Assembly (NCBI GenBank): GCA_040954595.2
Contig: JBECUI020000027.1
Coordinates: 248,001 to 312,000, forward strand
Direction of reading: 5' to 3'
Length of the DNA stretch: 64,000 nt
Source: Balanoglossus misakiensis
Taxonomy: Eukaryota; Animalia; Hemichordata
Under the pieces are notes generated by a model that worked only from the letters and a program-made list of their open reading frames with translations, ran no database searches and was not told where the DNA came from. Position 1 is the stretch's first letter; every line of letters starts with the position of its first letter. A program made the position numbers and the translations under genes. Below, piece by piece: positions 11,485-20,405 of the stretch.

Positions 11485-12936
11485 TTATGCCCTTAGGCCT
11501 ATAAAAGCCTCAGAAGGCCCTCCCTCTCCTTGGGGGACAAGTCGTATATGTCGACGGATACTTGGAGGGGCTTCCTCCGGTTTGTGGCTTATGTAGATAA
11601 CCGAGGTATGGCTTTCTCTGATGATTCTGTCGACAAGGCTAACAATACGGTTCCCAGAATATTTGTCTAGTCCCTGAAGGGGTTCATCCAGAAGTAAAAG
11701 AGGGGGGTGCTTGATCATGCTTCGGCCTATCATCAGAAGTCTTTTCTCCCCCCAGGATAACCATCGAAAGGCAGCACTTCTCTGCTTCTCCATTCCCAGA
11801 ACGCGAAGCCAGCGTTCTGCCAAATCCTGTTCAAAACCGTCACCCAGACTGTTAAGTCCCAAAGTGTTGTGTAGTCCCGATATAAGTAAATCCAAGGCCT
11901 TGGTATCTCCCGGTACGGCTTCTTGATATCCTGAAGATACCACTCCCAGAAATGCCCTAATATCCGCTAAACTTTCACCACTTCCACGCCTACGACCAAA
12001 AAGAGTAAGATTCTGACCGTAACCTCGAGGTTCCTCCCCATTGATCAAATAAAACAGGGTAGTTTTCCCAGAGCCATTGGGCCCTGTAAGAAGCCAACTT
12101 TCTCCAGGATGCACCGTCCAGGTAATTCCCTTTAAAACAGGCCTGCCAGAAAAAGCTAGATTAACATCTTTCATGATGACTAAAGGGCTCGATATCGGAA
12201 AAATTTTTGTAGGTGGAGGGGGTATGGTATTGGTGGGGGGAAGCTCAGCACCTGTGCTAGTGAAGGATGGCAGAGAAGAAGCTTCCTTTGCCGTCAGCAA
12301 TCTGTCTTCGGCTAGAAAAACGACCCCTGTAGCCTCCGGGGGGATTTCTTCTCGTTGATTAAGAATCAAGATAAGCAGATTCTTCTTACTGACCCAAGCA
12401 GCGAGTAAACAGGCAAGAGAAGTTCTTGCTTGATGATCAAGCCCTTCATAGGGAGTATCCAGTACCGCCAACTCCGGTTCTCTCCCAAGTTCTTGGGCAA
12501 TTATGGCCTGGCGAAACTCTCCGGTGGAAAGGTGTCGTATCCCTTGGTCTCCCAGATGCTTCAAATGTCCCTTGCGGGCAATTTCCCAGGCTTTGGGAGT
12601 AGCAAGGAAATTTTTTAATTTTACCCCCACGTCGAGAATCCCGGTGTATTCAGAATCATCATTCCGACGCATTCTCTCCCTGAGCTCTGCCTCTTTTTCA
12701 AAGGAAACCCAGGCCCCTGGAACTTCTCGGCTCATCCCTTGGATAGGAGGAGAAAGTCCTGCTAAGGCCCGTCCCAACGAAGTTTTCCCCGAAGCTCCTG
12801 GTCCAACGACTACCCAGAATTCACCCCTTTTGAGATCCCATTGGGAAATGAAAAGAGCACGATCCCGATTTAAGGGAAGAAAGGCGTTTCGAATTCGAAT
12901 AATATGGCGAAAGTTAGTTGTTTCCTTACAGAGGAT
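11485..12936 (-). CDS. ModF-like double-ATPase ABC protein
   Basis: Two NBDs: GPGASGKT (upstream of the ORF-track start) with LSTGE, and GPNGSGKT with LSWGE and LLLDEP. The frame is open back to ATC at 12936. Confidence 0.85.
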   Translation of the reverse strand: MLCKETTNFRHIIRIRNAFLPLNRDRALFISQWDLKRGEFWVVVGPGASGKTSLGRALAGLSPPIQGMSREVPGAWVSFEKEAELRERMRRNDDSEYTGILDVGVKLKNFLATPKAWEIARKGHLKHLGDQGIRHLSTGEFRQAIIAQELGREPELAVLDTPYEGLDHQARTSLACLLAAWVSKKNLLILILNQREEIPPEATGVVFLAEDRLLTAKEASSLPSFTSTGAELPPTNTIPPPPTKIFPISSPLVIMKDVNLAFSGRPVLKGITWTVHPGESWLLTGPNGSGKTTLFYLINGEEPRGYGQNLTLFGRRRGSGESLADIRAFLGVVSSGYQEAVPGDTKALDLLISGLHNTLGLNSLGDGFEQDLAERWLRVLGMEKQRSAAFRWLSWGEKRLLMIGRSMIKHPPLLLLDEPLQGLDKYSGNRIVSLVDRIIRESHTSVIYISHKPEEAPPSIRRHIRLVPQGEGGPSEAFIGLRA

Positions 12937-13278
12937 GGATTTCCTCCTTCATCATTGTCAGTATTATCTTCTCATTTCGCACTTGATCATCACCTTCCTC
13001 AGAAAATTTGGTCTTTATAAAGATTTGTTGATAAAGTATATTTTTGGAGGATGTGTGTGAAGTCCCTGAAGGAAAAATAAGCCTTTTATAATTTTCTAGA
13101 CTGAAAAATATTGGGAGAGGTATTTCAAATTCTATGGCTCCCTTTGGGGGAAGTATAAATAATTTACTATATTGGCTGTTTATATGTTCGAAACTTTAAG
13201 AAAGAGATTTTTGAATAACTGTCTTGAGGAATTAATCTATTCCTCAACGGTCAAAATAAGGTTGTATCTGATTTTTAT

Positions 13279-14307
13279 GTGCATAAGGAGTACATTATAT
13301 TTATGAGAAAACGCATGAAATTATGCTTGGCGACTTTATCTTGCCGTTCTGCAGCGGTTCTTCTTTTTATAGGATGTTCGGTACCCTCAGTATTTGCCGC
13401 AAATGTAAACTTCTCTATAGAACCAAAAATAGGATTTACCTATGGGCAGAGTAGAGAGATCGTCTATCCCATTGGTTTAACAACAGTTAACCCTTATCTT
13501 AGTGAGCTTAAGTGGGACATAAACTCGGCATTTATGCTTGGTTTAGCTGTGCGTATGAACATAAAGCAAAAATGGGAACTTTATGTGGACATCCAGGGAG
13601 CCATGCCACTTCCCTCTGGCATAATGGTTGATACAGATTGGCTTTATTTGAACCTTCGTGATGCCTGGTCTCATAGGTCTATCAGCGATATCAGAATTCA
13701 AAATGGTTTTATCCTTGATACTGGCTTTGACTGGCTACTAGGTAAAAGTCCTTTTAAAATCTTGATTGGCATCGGGTACAATCTTGATCTATGGCAGTGG
13801 TCAGATAGTCTCAAGAGTCTTGTTTACACTACCGATGCCGAAGGTGGGTTTTTCCCCAATCCAACAAAAGAATTTGAGGAGGGAGACCCTTTGCAAAATT
13901 CGAAAGTAGAGGCAGATGGAAGAAATAACATAAACTACCTGGTGGCTTATCATGTTCCTTATGCCGCTGTAGGTTTTTTCTATACCAAAGGAATACTTTT
14001 TGCCAGAAGTCGTATTTCCATTGGACCTGTCATTGCCTCAGGTCACGATCATCATCTGGAACGGGGGTTGCACTTTTACGATGTAGGAGTGGGGGGACCT
14101 TGGCTCTCTTTTGACAGTCAATTTGGTATTCATTTTTCTGATTCTTTTAACGTTTATCTGGATGGAAGAGTCGCATGGTTACCTGAGACAAGAGGAAGCA
14201 GTCAGGCCGAAAATGAAGACCAGACTTTTAACGAAGTCAGTATTGGAGGAGCTGGCTTTGCCTTCTGGAGAATGAACTTACAGCTGGTATTTGCTTTCAC
14301 CTTCTGA
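13279..14307 (+). CDS. Omptin-family outer-membrane protease
   Basis: Signal peptide, REIVY, LSELKW, MVDTDW (Asp pair), GHDHHLER (Asp-x-His), C-terminal Phe. Start may be 13303 or 13315. Confidence 0.82.
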   Translation: MHKEYIIFMRKRMKLCLATLSCRSAAVLLFIGCSVPSVFAANVNFSIEPKIGFTYGQSREIVYPIGLTTVNPYLSELKWDINSAFMLGLAVRMNIKQKWELYVDIQGAMPLPSGIMVDTDWLYLNLRDAWSHRSISDIRIQNGFILDTGFDWLLGKSPFKILIGIGYNLDLWQWSDSLKSLVYTTDAEGGFFPNPTKEFEEGDPLQNSKVEADGRNNINYLVAYHVPYAAVGFFYTKGILFARSRISIGPVIASGHDHHLERGLHFYDVGVGGPWLSFDSQFGIHFSDSFNVYLDGRVAWLPETRGSSQAENEDQTFNEVSIGGAGFAFWRMNLQLVFAFTF

Positions 14308-14351
14308 TAGCATGTTGAATTCAATACACAGAATTATATGAGGTATGCTAC

Positions 14352-16103
14352 ATGAGTGTAGAGATTGATCAACAGGAAAATAGAGTATATAAAATGCGCC
14401 ATTCTATGGCCCACGTAATGGCTGGAGCCGTCCTAAAAATCTTTCCCCAGGCAAAGATTGCCATAGGCCCTCCCATTGAGCATGGTTTTTATTACGATTT
14501 TGAACTACCCCGCAAGCTTGCTCCTGAAGATCTAGGGAACATTGAAGAACTGATGCGGGGTATTATCAAGGAGCATCTCCCCTTTAAGCGCAAGGTAATC
14601 TCCCGACAGGAAGCCCTGAAACGCTATGCAGATCAACCCTACAAAACTGAACTGATCAATGCATTGCCTGAAGACGAGGAAATATCCTGTTACCACATGG
14701 GAGATTTTGTGGATCTCTGCCGAGGACCTCATGTAGAAGACACAGGACGCTTAAATCCAAGAGGATTTAAACTTCTCAACATTGCCGGAGCGTATTGGCG
14801 GGGAGATGAAAACCGTCCCATGCTTCAGCGTATCTATGGAACAGCCTGGGGAGATCACAAACAACTCAAGGCACATCTGAACCGATTGGAAGAAATGACC
14901 AAGCGGGACCACAGGCGTTTGGGTCGGGAATTGAACCTTTTTAGCCTTCATGAAGAAGCAGGTCCTGGCCTAGTCTATTGGCATCCTAAAGGTGCACGTA
15001 TCCGGATGGTCCTGGAAAATTTTTGGCAGACTGAACATTTTTCTAACGGTTATGAGTTTGTCTACACTCCTCATGTTGGTAAATCCTGGCTTTGGGAAAC
15101 CTCAGGACATCTGGATTTTTATTCAGAGAGTATGTACCCAAAAATGGTTTTGGACAAGGCGGACTACTACGCCAAACCGATGAACTGCCCCTTCCATGTA
15201 CTCATCTACAAATCAGGAAAACATTCATATCGGGATCTCCCCTTCCGTTGGGCTGAGCTGGGAACGGTTTATCGTTATGAGCGTTCCGGTACTCTTCATG
15301 GTTTGATGCGGGTTCGTGGATTTACCCAAGACGATGCTCATCTTTTTTGCACTCCCGAACAGATGCAGGATGAAATACGCGAGGTCCTCCGCTTCAGTCT
15401 CCAGATGCTCCAGACTTTTGGGTTCTCTGAAATTGAGGCATTTCTATCCACCCGACCGGAGAAATATGTCGGGGATCCCCAGCGCTGGGAAGCCGCTGAA
15501 GAATCACTTCGCCAGGCCGTTGAAAATGAGCGTTTGCAATACAAGATGGATCACGGCGGTGGAGCTTTCTATGGACCGAAGATTGATCTCAAGGTCAAAG
15601 ATGCCTTGGGACGATCCTGGCAGCTTTCTACCATACAGTTTGACTTTAACCTTCCCGACCGTTTCCAGCTTAATTTCACAGATAGGGATGGTTTGGAGAA
15701 ACGTCCATATATGATACACCGTGCCCTTTTCGGTTCCCTGGAAAGGTTTCTCGGAATCCTGATTGAACATTATGGGGGGGCCTTCCCGCTTTGGCTCAGT
15801 CCCGTTCAAGCAGTGGTCATTCCGGTAGCTCCAACCTTTAATGGCTACGCCGACGAACTAGCCCGCCAGCTCAAACAGAAAGGCATCCGAGTCCAGGCCG
15901 ACTTGAGTTCAGAACGCATGAATGCGAAAATCCGGAATCATCAAAACAACAAAATTCCCTATATGCTGGTGGTAGGAGGTCGGGAAGAGGCTGAAGGCCG
16001 AGTGAGTGTTCGAACACGCAAAGGGGAAAAAACCGATAGTTTGCCCTTAGAAAAGCTGATTGAGTTGCTTCAATGTGAAATTTCTCAACGGAAAAATACT
16101 TAG
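14352..16103 (+). CDS. thrS: Threonine-tRNA ligase
   Basis: RHSMAHVMA, DLCRGPHV, KPMNCP, RVRGFTQDDAH, GAFYGPKID. Confidence 0.99.
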   Translation: MSVEIDQQENRVYKMRHSMAHVMAGAVLKIFPQAKIAIGPPIEHGFYYDFELPRKLAPEDLGNIEELMRGIIKEHLPFKRKVISRQEALKRYADQPYKTELINALPEDEEISCYHMGDFVDLCRGPHVEDTGRLNPRGFKLLNIAGAYWRGDENRPMLQRIYGTAWGDHKQLKAHLNRLEEMTKRDHRRLGRELNLFSLHEEAGPGLVYWHPKGARIRMVLENFWQTEHFSNGYEFVYTPHVGKSWLWETSGHLDFYSESMYPKMVLDKADYYAKPMNCPFHVLIYKSGKHSYRDLPFRWAELGTVYRYERSGTLHGLMRVRGFTQDDAHLFCTPEQMQDEIREVLRFSLQMLQTFGFSEIEAFLSTRPEKYVGDPQRWEAAEESLRQAVENERLQYKMDHGGGAFYGPKIDLKVKDALGRSWQLSTIQFDFNLPDRFQLNFTDRDGLEKRPYMIHRALFGSLERFLGILIEHYGGAFPLWLSPVQAVVIPVAPTFNGYADELARQLKQKGIRVQADLSSERMNAKIRNHQNNKIPYMLVVGGREEAEGRVSVRTRKGEKTDSLPLEKLIELLQCEISQRKNT

Positions 16104-16225
16104 ACAGAGTCTCTAACATCATTTGTTGAATCTATACCTGGGACATGGCAAGAGGTTCACAGTTGGGATTTTGTAGAGGGAGTTAAGGTCGTGTGGAGCA
16201 CGAAGTTTTGGGAAAGGAGGTTGTT

Positions 16226-16873
16226 TCATTCCCACTGGTACTTCGTGTAATAGAAAATACCCTTGGCTAACCTGTAGTACCAGCGGCAGCAGAGCTGTCG
16301 TAACTGACAAAACAGATTCTTCTTATCGATCAACAAATCAGACAAAAAAGAACGCCCCCGGGAAAGTTTAGCACCTGAGGACCTGAGGAAAGCCAGAACT
16401 TCCTTCAGCTGAACAATCAGAAACCTGAGTATGGGATAGGACTTCTCTCCTCTTGCCACCATCTCATGTATCCCTAGAAGACAGTCCAAAAAACCAGGGG
16501 GAAGATTATCGGAGGCTTTTTTCAAGAGCAGCCAGCCCAACTTACAAAGCCTCAACTTCAGGGTGGCGGGGGTCGTTTCAAGATAGCGAGCCCATTGAGA
16601 CAGGCTTATGTCTTTCTCGGCATAAAAAAGTATCTTTTCGTAGGAAATATCTACTTTCTCATAGTAAGAGACAAGAAATGTCGCTGAAGAGAAAGACCTC
16701 GAACAGGAAGTGCAGAAATAGTAACGGACCTTCCCGTGCCTCTGATTCTCGCCTGTCCCTCGGAAGAGAAACCAGGAACTCCCCAAGGGCCTCAGGTGAT
16801 ACTCACATTCAGGATTAGGGCAGCGTTTCGGTCTAGGGGCAGCCTGAAGATTCCTGGGGTAGTTAGTAAACAT
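16226..16873 (-). CDS. Zn-ribbon plus probable HTH protein, resembling the N-terminus of an IS1/IS1595-type transposase; no DDE domain seen
   Basis: CPNPEC..H and RYYFCTSCSRSFS, then SLSQWARYLETTPATL (HTH-like). Confidence 0.55.
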   Translation of the reverse strand: MFTNYPRNLQAAPRPKRCPNPECEYHLRPLGSSWFLFRGTGENQRHGKVRYYFCTSCSRSFSSATFLVSYYEKVDISYEKILFYAEKDISLSQWARYLETTPATLKLRLCKLGWLLLKKASDNLPPGFLDCLLGIHEMVARGEKSYPILRFLIVQLKEVLAFLRSSGAKLSRGRSFLSDLLIDKKNLFCQLRQLCCRWYYRLAKGIFYYTKYQWE

Positions 16874-16994
16874 ATCATCTCCTAGTTCTATGAACGGGAG
16901 GAAGGGGGGTATGGTTTCAATTATCTGGATTTCCGGCGGCTTAATAGGGGGTATATTTGCCTGAGTTTATAAAACGATAAGAAGAATCTGCTTT
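16309..16994. mobile_element. Candidate small element bounded by 20-bp inverted repeats of the repeat-family motif
   Basis: 16309-16328 AAAACAGATTCTTCTTATCG and 16975-16994 CGATAAGAAGAATCTGCTTT match 19/20 as inverted repeats. They enclose the promoter and most of the Zn-ribbon ORF. No clear target-site duplication. Confidence 0.4.
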
Positions 16995-17084
16995 TCTTTA
17001 GTTTTTTACAATCCAACAATCTCCCAGACACAGCCTTTAAAGACCCTGGGACAAACTTTTTCCTACCGCCATCGCCATAACTAC

Positions 17085-18671
17085 TCAGACACCCCATATC
17101 TCCTTAAAATTATGGTATGTCCCACAATAATGACAAACAAAAGTATCTTTTTTTGCTCTCTCGAATGATACAGGAACATTTTGTCGCTTGGCCGGATATG
17201 TGATGCATTCTTCATTGTGGCAGAAAATCTCGTCAAAATTATAGATTCTCGGAGGCATGTTTAGACGGTATTTTTTGACTACAGAACAATTGTCCACAAT
17301 ATTGAGGGTGCAGCCAGGAGATATGGCTGCCAATTTTTTAAGATCCTTACGATCTACAGAGATGATGTCTGGAAGGGAAATTATTCCCTTAAAATCCCCA
17401 GGCGTACTGGAGTTGAAAACTCCGTGGGAACTGCGAACGTTTAATTTGAGGATTCTTCGGATTTTATCAATTCTATCCCAGATATCCTCAAGAGGAAGTC
17501 CCGGAGCAATGTGATCAATTACGAGGCCCTTGTCAACTGGTCTGATGCCTACCTTGTGACGATCCTTCACCTGAGATTTCTTGAGGATGGGTGCGGAGCG
17601 AACAAAGTCCTTGGGATTCTTCTCAGAAGGTTTGCTTTTTCCCCGGAAGTCGTCCCCCAACTTTCCGGCCACCAGGGCGAGTTCCACAATGCGGGTAAAA
17701 TAACCATTCATCGACTGCTCATCCCACCCATTAAACTCTGTGGTATCCAGAAAGGTAGGAATAACAGGATATTCCCGATGCCGAGGCAAGGGATGATAAA
17801 AGCGGATATGGGGGGGAGTTTTCTCTAAAAATTCCTTACGAAAACTAACCGCCCTACGTAGTTTTGGGCTTTGTTTCCGTATTTCCTCCCCCATACGTTC
17901 CAGTTGGAGACGTGTAAAGTACCAAATTTCAGCCTTTTTTTCGGATGCTGCAAGGTAGGCTTCCAGCGAAGGCCAGGAACGGATTTCAAAGCCGTTCCTT
18001 TTCATTTCATCCAGCAAAGATACCGGCAGAGTCAACTCTTCTGGAGCCACGAGATCCACCAAAACTTCACGAAAAATCCGAAGTCCAGAGACTTTGGAAT
18101 GGACGGTTCGTCCGTGCAACAAATCTCCAACCAGGGCGATATGAAGGGAGCTTTCGTCCCAGTTCTTATGTTCCAGGAAAGTAAATTGGTCAAGAAATTC
18201 CTGGGTGGGATGCTCGTGTCTACCGTCACCTCCGTTAATAAACGCAGGTTTTTCTCTTCCCATACGCTGGGAATAGTCCCCCAGCTGCTCCTCCATGGCC
18301 CGACAAACTCCCTCCATTTTGGTTCTCAGGATAAAAATGGAACGATGACTGTATCCAAAGAGAGTCTTGACTGTATCTATGAGACTTTCCGATTTTTGAA
18401 CCGAAGACGTGCCGACATCAAAGTTGTAAAGTTTGACCTGGTGGAAACCAGCAGCGTTACGAAAGGATTCCTTGGTCCTGGTAGAATCTTCCAGGAACAT
18501 CAGATAGATTGTCAGGCCAGGATCCTGGATGCGAAAAGCCTCCAGATCCTTTCCTTCCAACCAGTTCTTTTTCAAAATGGCACATTGATGGTAAAGGTAG
18601 CGTTGTTCATCGATACTAAGGTCATTAACAACAGCAATGGATCGCCAGGCAAAGGGGTTAGAACCTTTCAT
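17085..18671 (-). CDS. pyrB: Fused aspartate carbamoyltransferase catalytic and regulatory chains (PyrBI)
   Basis: FLEDSTRT, HEHPTQ, HPLPR, then PyrI-like GLVIDHI...CHNEEC...CHYC. Confidence 0.95.
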   Translation of the reverse strand: MKGSNPFAWRSIAVVNDLSIDEQRYLYHQCAILKKNWLEGKDLEAFRIQDPGLTIYLMFLEDSTRTKESFRNAAGFHQVKLYNFDVGTSSVQKSESLIDTVKTLFGYSHRSIFILRTKMEGVCRAMEEQLGDYSQRMGREKPAFINGGDGRHEHPTQEFLDQFTFLEHKNWDESSLHIALVGDLLHGRTVHSKVSGLRIFREVLVDLVAPEELTLPVSLLDEMKRNGFEIRSWPSLEAYLAASEKKAEIWYFTRLQLERMGEEIRKQSPKLRRAVSFRKEFLEKTPPHIRFYHPLPRHREYPVIPTFLDTTEFNGWDEQSMNGYFTRIVELALVAGKLGDDFRGKSKPSEKNPKDFVRSAPILKKSQVKDRHKVGIRPVDKGLVIDHIAPGLPLEDIWDRIDKIRRILKLNVRSSHGVFNSSTPGDFKGIISLPDIISVDRKDLKKLAAISPGCTLNIVDNCSVVKKYRLNMPPRIYNFDEIFCHNEECITYPAKRQNVPVSFERAKKDTFVCHYCGTYHNFKEIWGV

Positions 18672-18677
18672 AAAAGC

Positions 18678-20225
18678 CTAATCCATCGTGGCAACGAGAT
18701 CCAGAGTATTGGGATTAAGCACATAGACCTTGCCATTTGAGCCTTGGACGTAGCAAACATCATTCTGAAAGGTAATGGAGGTCCAGGGATCTACCGCAAC
18801 CTGGCTTATCGCCACCCTTTCCAGAGATACTTTGAATCTACCAATCCGCCATTCCCCCGCCTCAAAGGTTACAAGAAAATAACTACCATCATACCCCTTA
18901 ATCGGGCTTCCAGGAAAAATGCCGTCGATACCTTCCTGAATAACTTCCAAGGTCTCTCGGGTCAACAACAGGGGACGAACCATGGCCCCCTCCGTTTCTT
19001 TCCCTGCAATCACTAGGATAGCCTTGGGAAGAAGAACAAAGTCTCGGCCCCTGATAGATGTGATTTCACTCACTGCAGAACGCTTTCCCGATACCTGGTC
19101 ATATTTAACCATTCGTCCATAGGGAATACCGTCTCCAGGATCGTCCACCATAAGGAACCAGGCGGAGACTTCTCTGGGGGGGGCAACCACAATAATTTTT
19201 CTCTCCTCATCTTTCTGCCGAAGCAACTCGTTCTCATCTGCAGCAATTTCGTCTCTCATCCTTAAAGTATCTTCGATCTGTTTATCCAGTTCCTTCTGCT
19301 GCTTTTCGACCTCGACAAGTTGTTCCTCCACAGAGGCTCTCTCTTTCTCAAGCTGATCAATTTGATTCTGTTTTTGTTCAGTTCCCCCAGAAGGAGGAGT
19401 CTCCGTCTTCTGAAGTTCCCTATCGATTCCTTGGTTCTTTTCCCTTAATTCCTGCCTTCTCCTATTCAAGGCCTCTTGTTCCCTGTCACCTTCTTTTTCT
19501 CGAAGTTCCACCATGTCCTTACGACTATCCAGGCGGCGATCTTCTTCCCGGCGCATTTCCTCAATCACTTCCGCCTCACCGATGACACCGGTATCCACTA
19601 CCGGTGTGAAACCAGTGCCCAACATTTTTAGTGGAATGAGTATTTGGGTCTGCCCAGACCACTCCGCATAGTGAGTGGCAAGTCCAGCTTTTTGGGGATC
19701 CAGAACCGTGATTACAGGAGCTTTGTATTTTTCAGAAAAATAGTCCATATCGCCGCGGTGGACGGCGTTGTAGTAGGTAATAAACTCTGCCAGAAGCAGG
19801 GCATCCCGAGTCTCGTACTTGTAAGCTGCTTCCAAATACCCCGCTAGGATAGTCCGAAGGTTACGGATGTGATCCACTGTGGCCTCGAGAGCTAGGACAA
19901 AGACATCAGCATCTAATTTCTCAGGAATTTCCGGGGAGACAATATGAAGGACACTGTACTTATTAGAAAAAGAAAAAGAACCAGAACTTCTGGGATCGAG
20001 AGTGCTCCCCAGAGAACGTCCTATGTTTTTTATTTCGTCTAAGGTGTTAACAAGGTCTTGGGGCCCAACGTAATTAATAAAACTGATGGATCTATCTCCG
20101 ACACTTTGAAGCTCAGTCCTATCGACCTCAAGATCTTGAGCCTCCAAAACCGGGCTCCAAAAAAGGAAGACAGCGGCAATTAATTGGAATAGGAAAGGAG
20201 GGGAATAGACTGCTCTGTTCATCAT
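18678..20225 (-). CDS. P83/100 family spirochaete protein
   Basis: Signal peptide, FINYVGP, VDHIRNLRTILAGYL, FITYYNAVHRG, central coiled coil. Confidence 0.85.
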   Translation of the reverse strand: MMNRAVYSPPFLFQLIAAVFLFWSPVLEAQDLEVDRTELQSVGDRSISFINYVGPQDLVNTLDEIKNIGRSLGSTLDPRSSGSFSFSNKYSVLHIVSPEIPEKLDADVFVLALEATVDHIRNLRTILAGYLEAAYKYETRDALLLAEFITYYNAVHRGDMDYFSEKYKAPVITVLDPQKAGLATHYAEWSGQTQILIPLKMLGTGFTPVVDTGVIGEAEVIEEMRREEDRRLDSRKDMVELREKEGDREQEALNRRRQELREKNQGIDRELQKTETPPSGGTEQKQNQIDQLEKERASVEEQLVEVEKQQKELDKQIEDTLRMRDEIAADENELLRQKDEERKIIVVAPPREVSAWFLMVDDPGDGIPYGRMVKYDQVSGKRSAVSEITSIRGRDFVLLPKAILVIAGKETEGAMVRPLLLTRETLEVIQEGIDGIFPGSPIKGYDGSYFLVTFEAGEWRIGRFKVSLERVAISQVAVDPWTSITFQNDVCYVQGSNGKVYVLNPNTLDLVATMD

Positions 20226-20405
20226 AACTCCTCAGAAACAGACGGATCGCTGTTTTTTTCCATATTATACCCAGAAACCATAACTAACCCAACCCATAGG
20301 AAGGAATTTCCCCCAACCTCAGAAAGAACTTAGCTTTGTTCGGGAAATTCGGCAAGACAGAAAAGGCCTGACAGGCAAGTTCCCAGGATTTTTTCAAAAA
20401 ACTGA

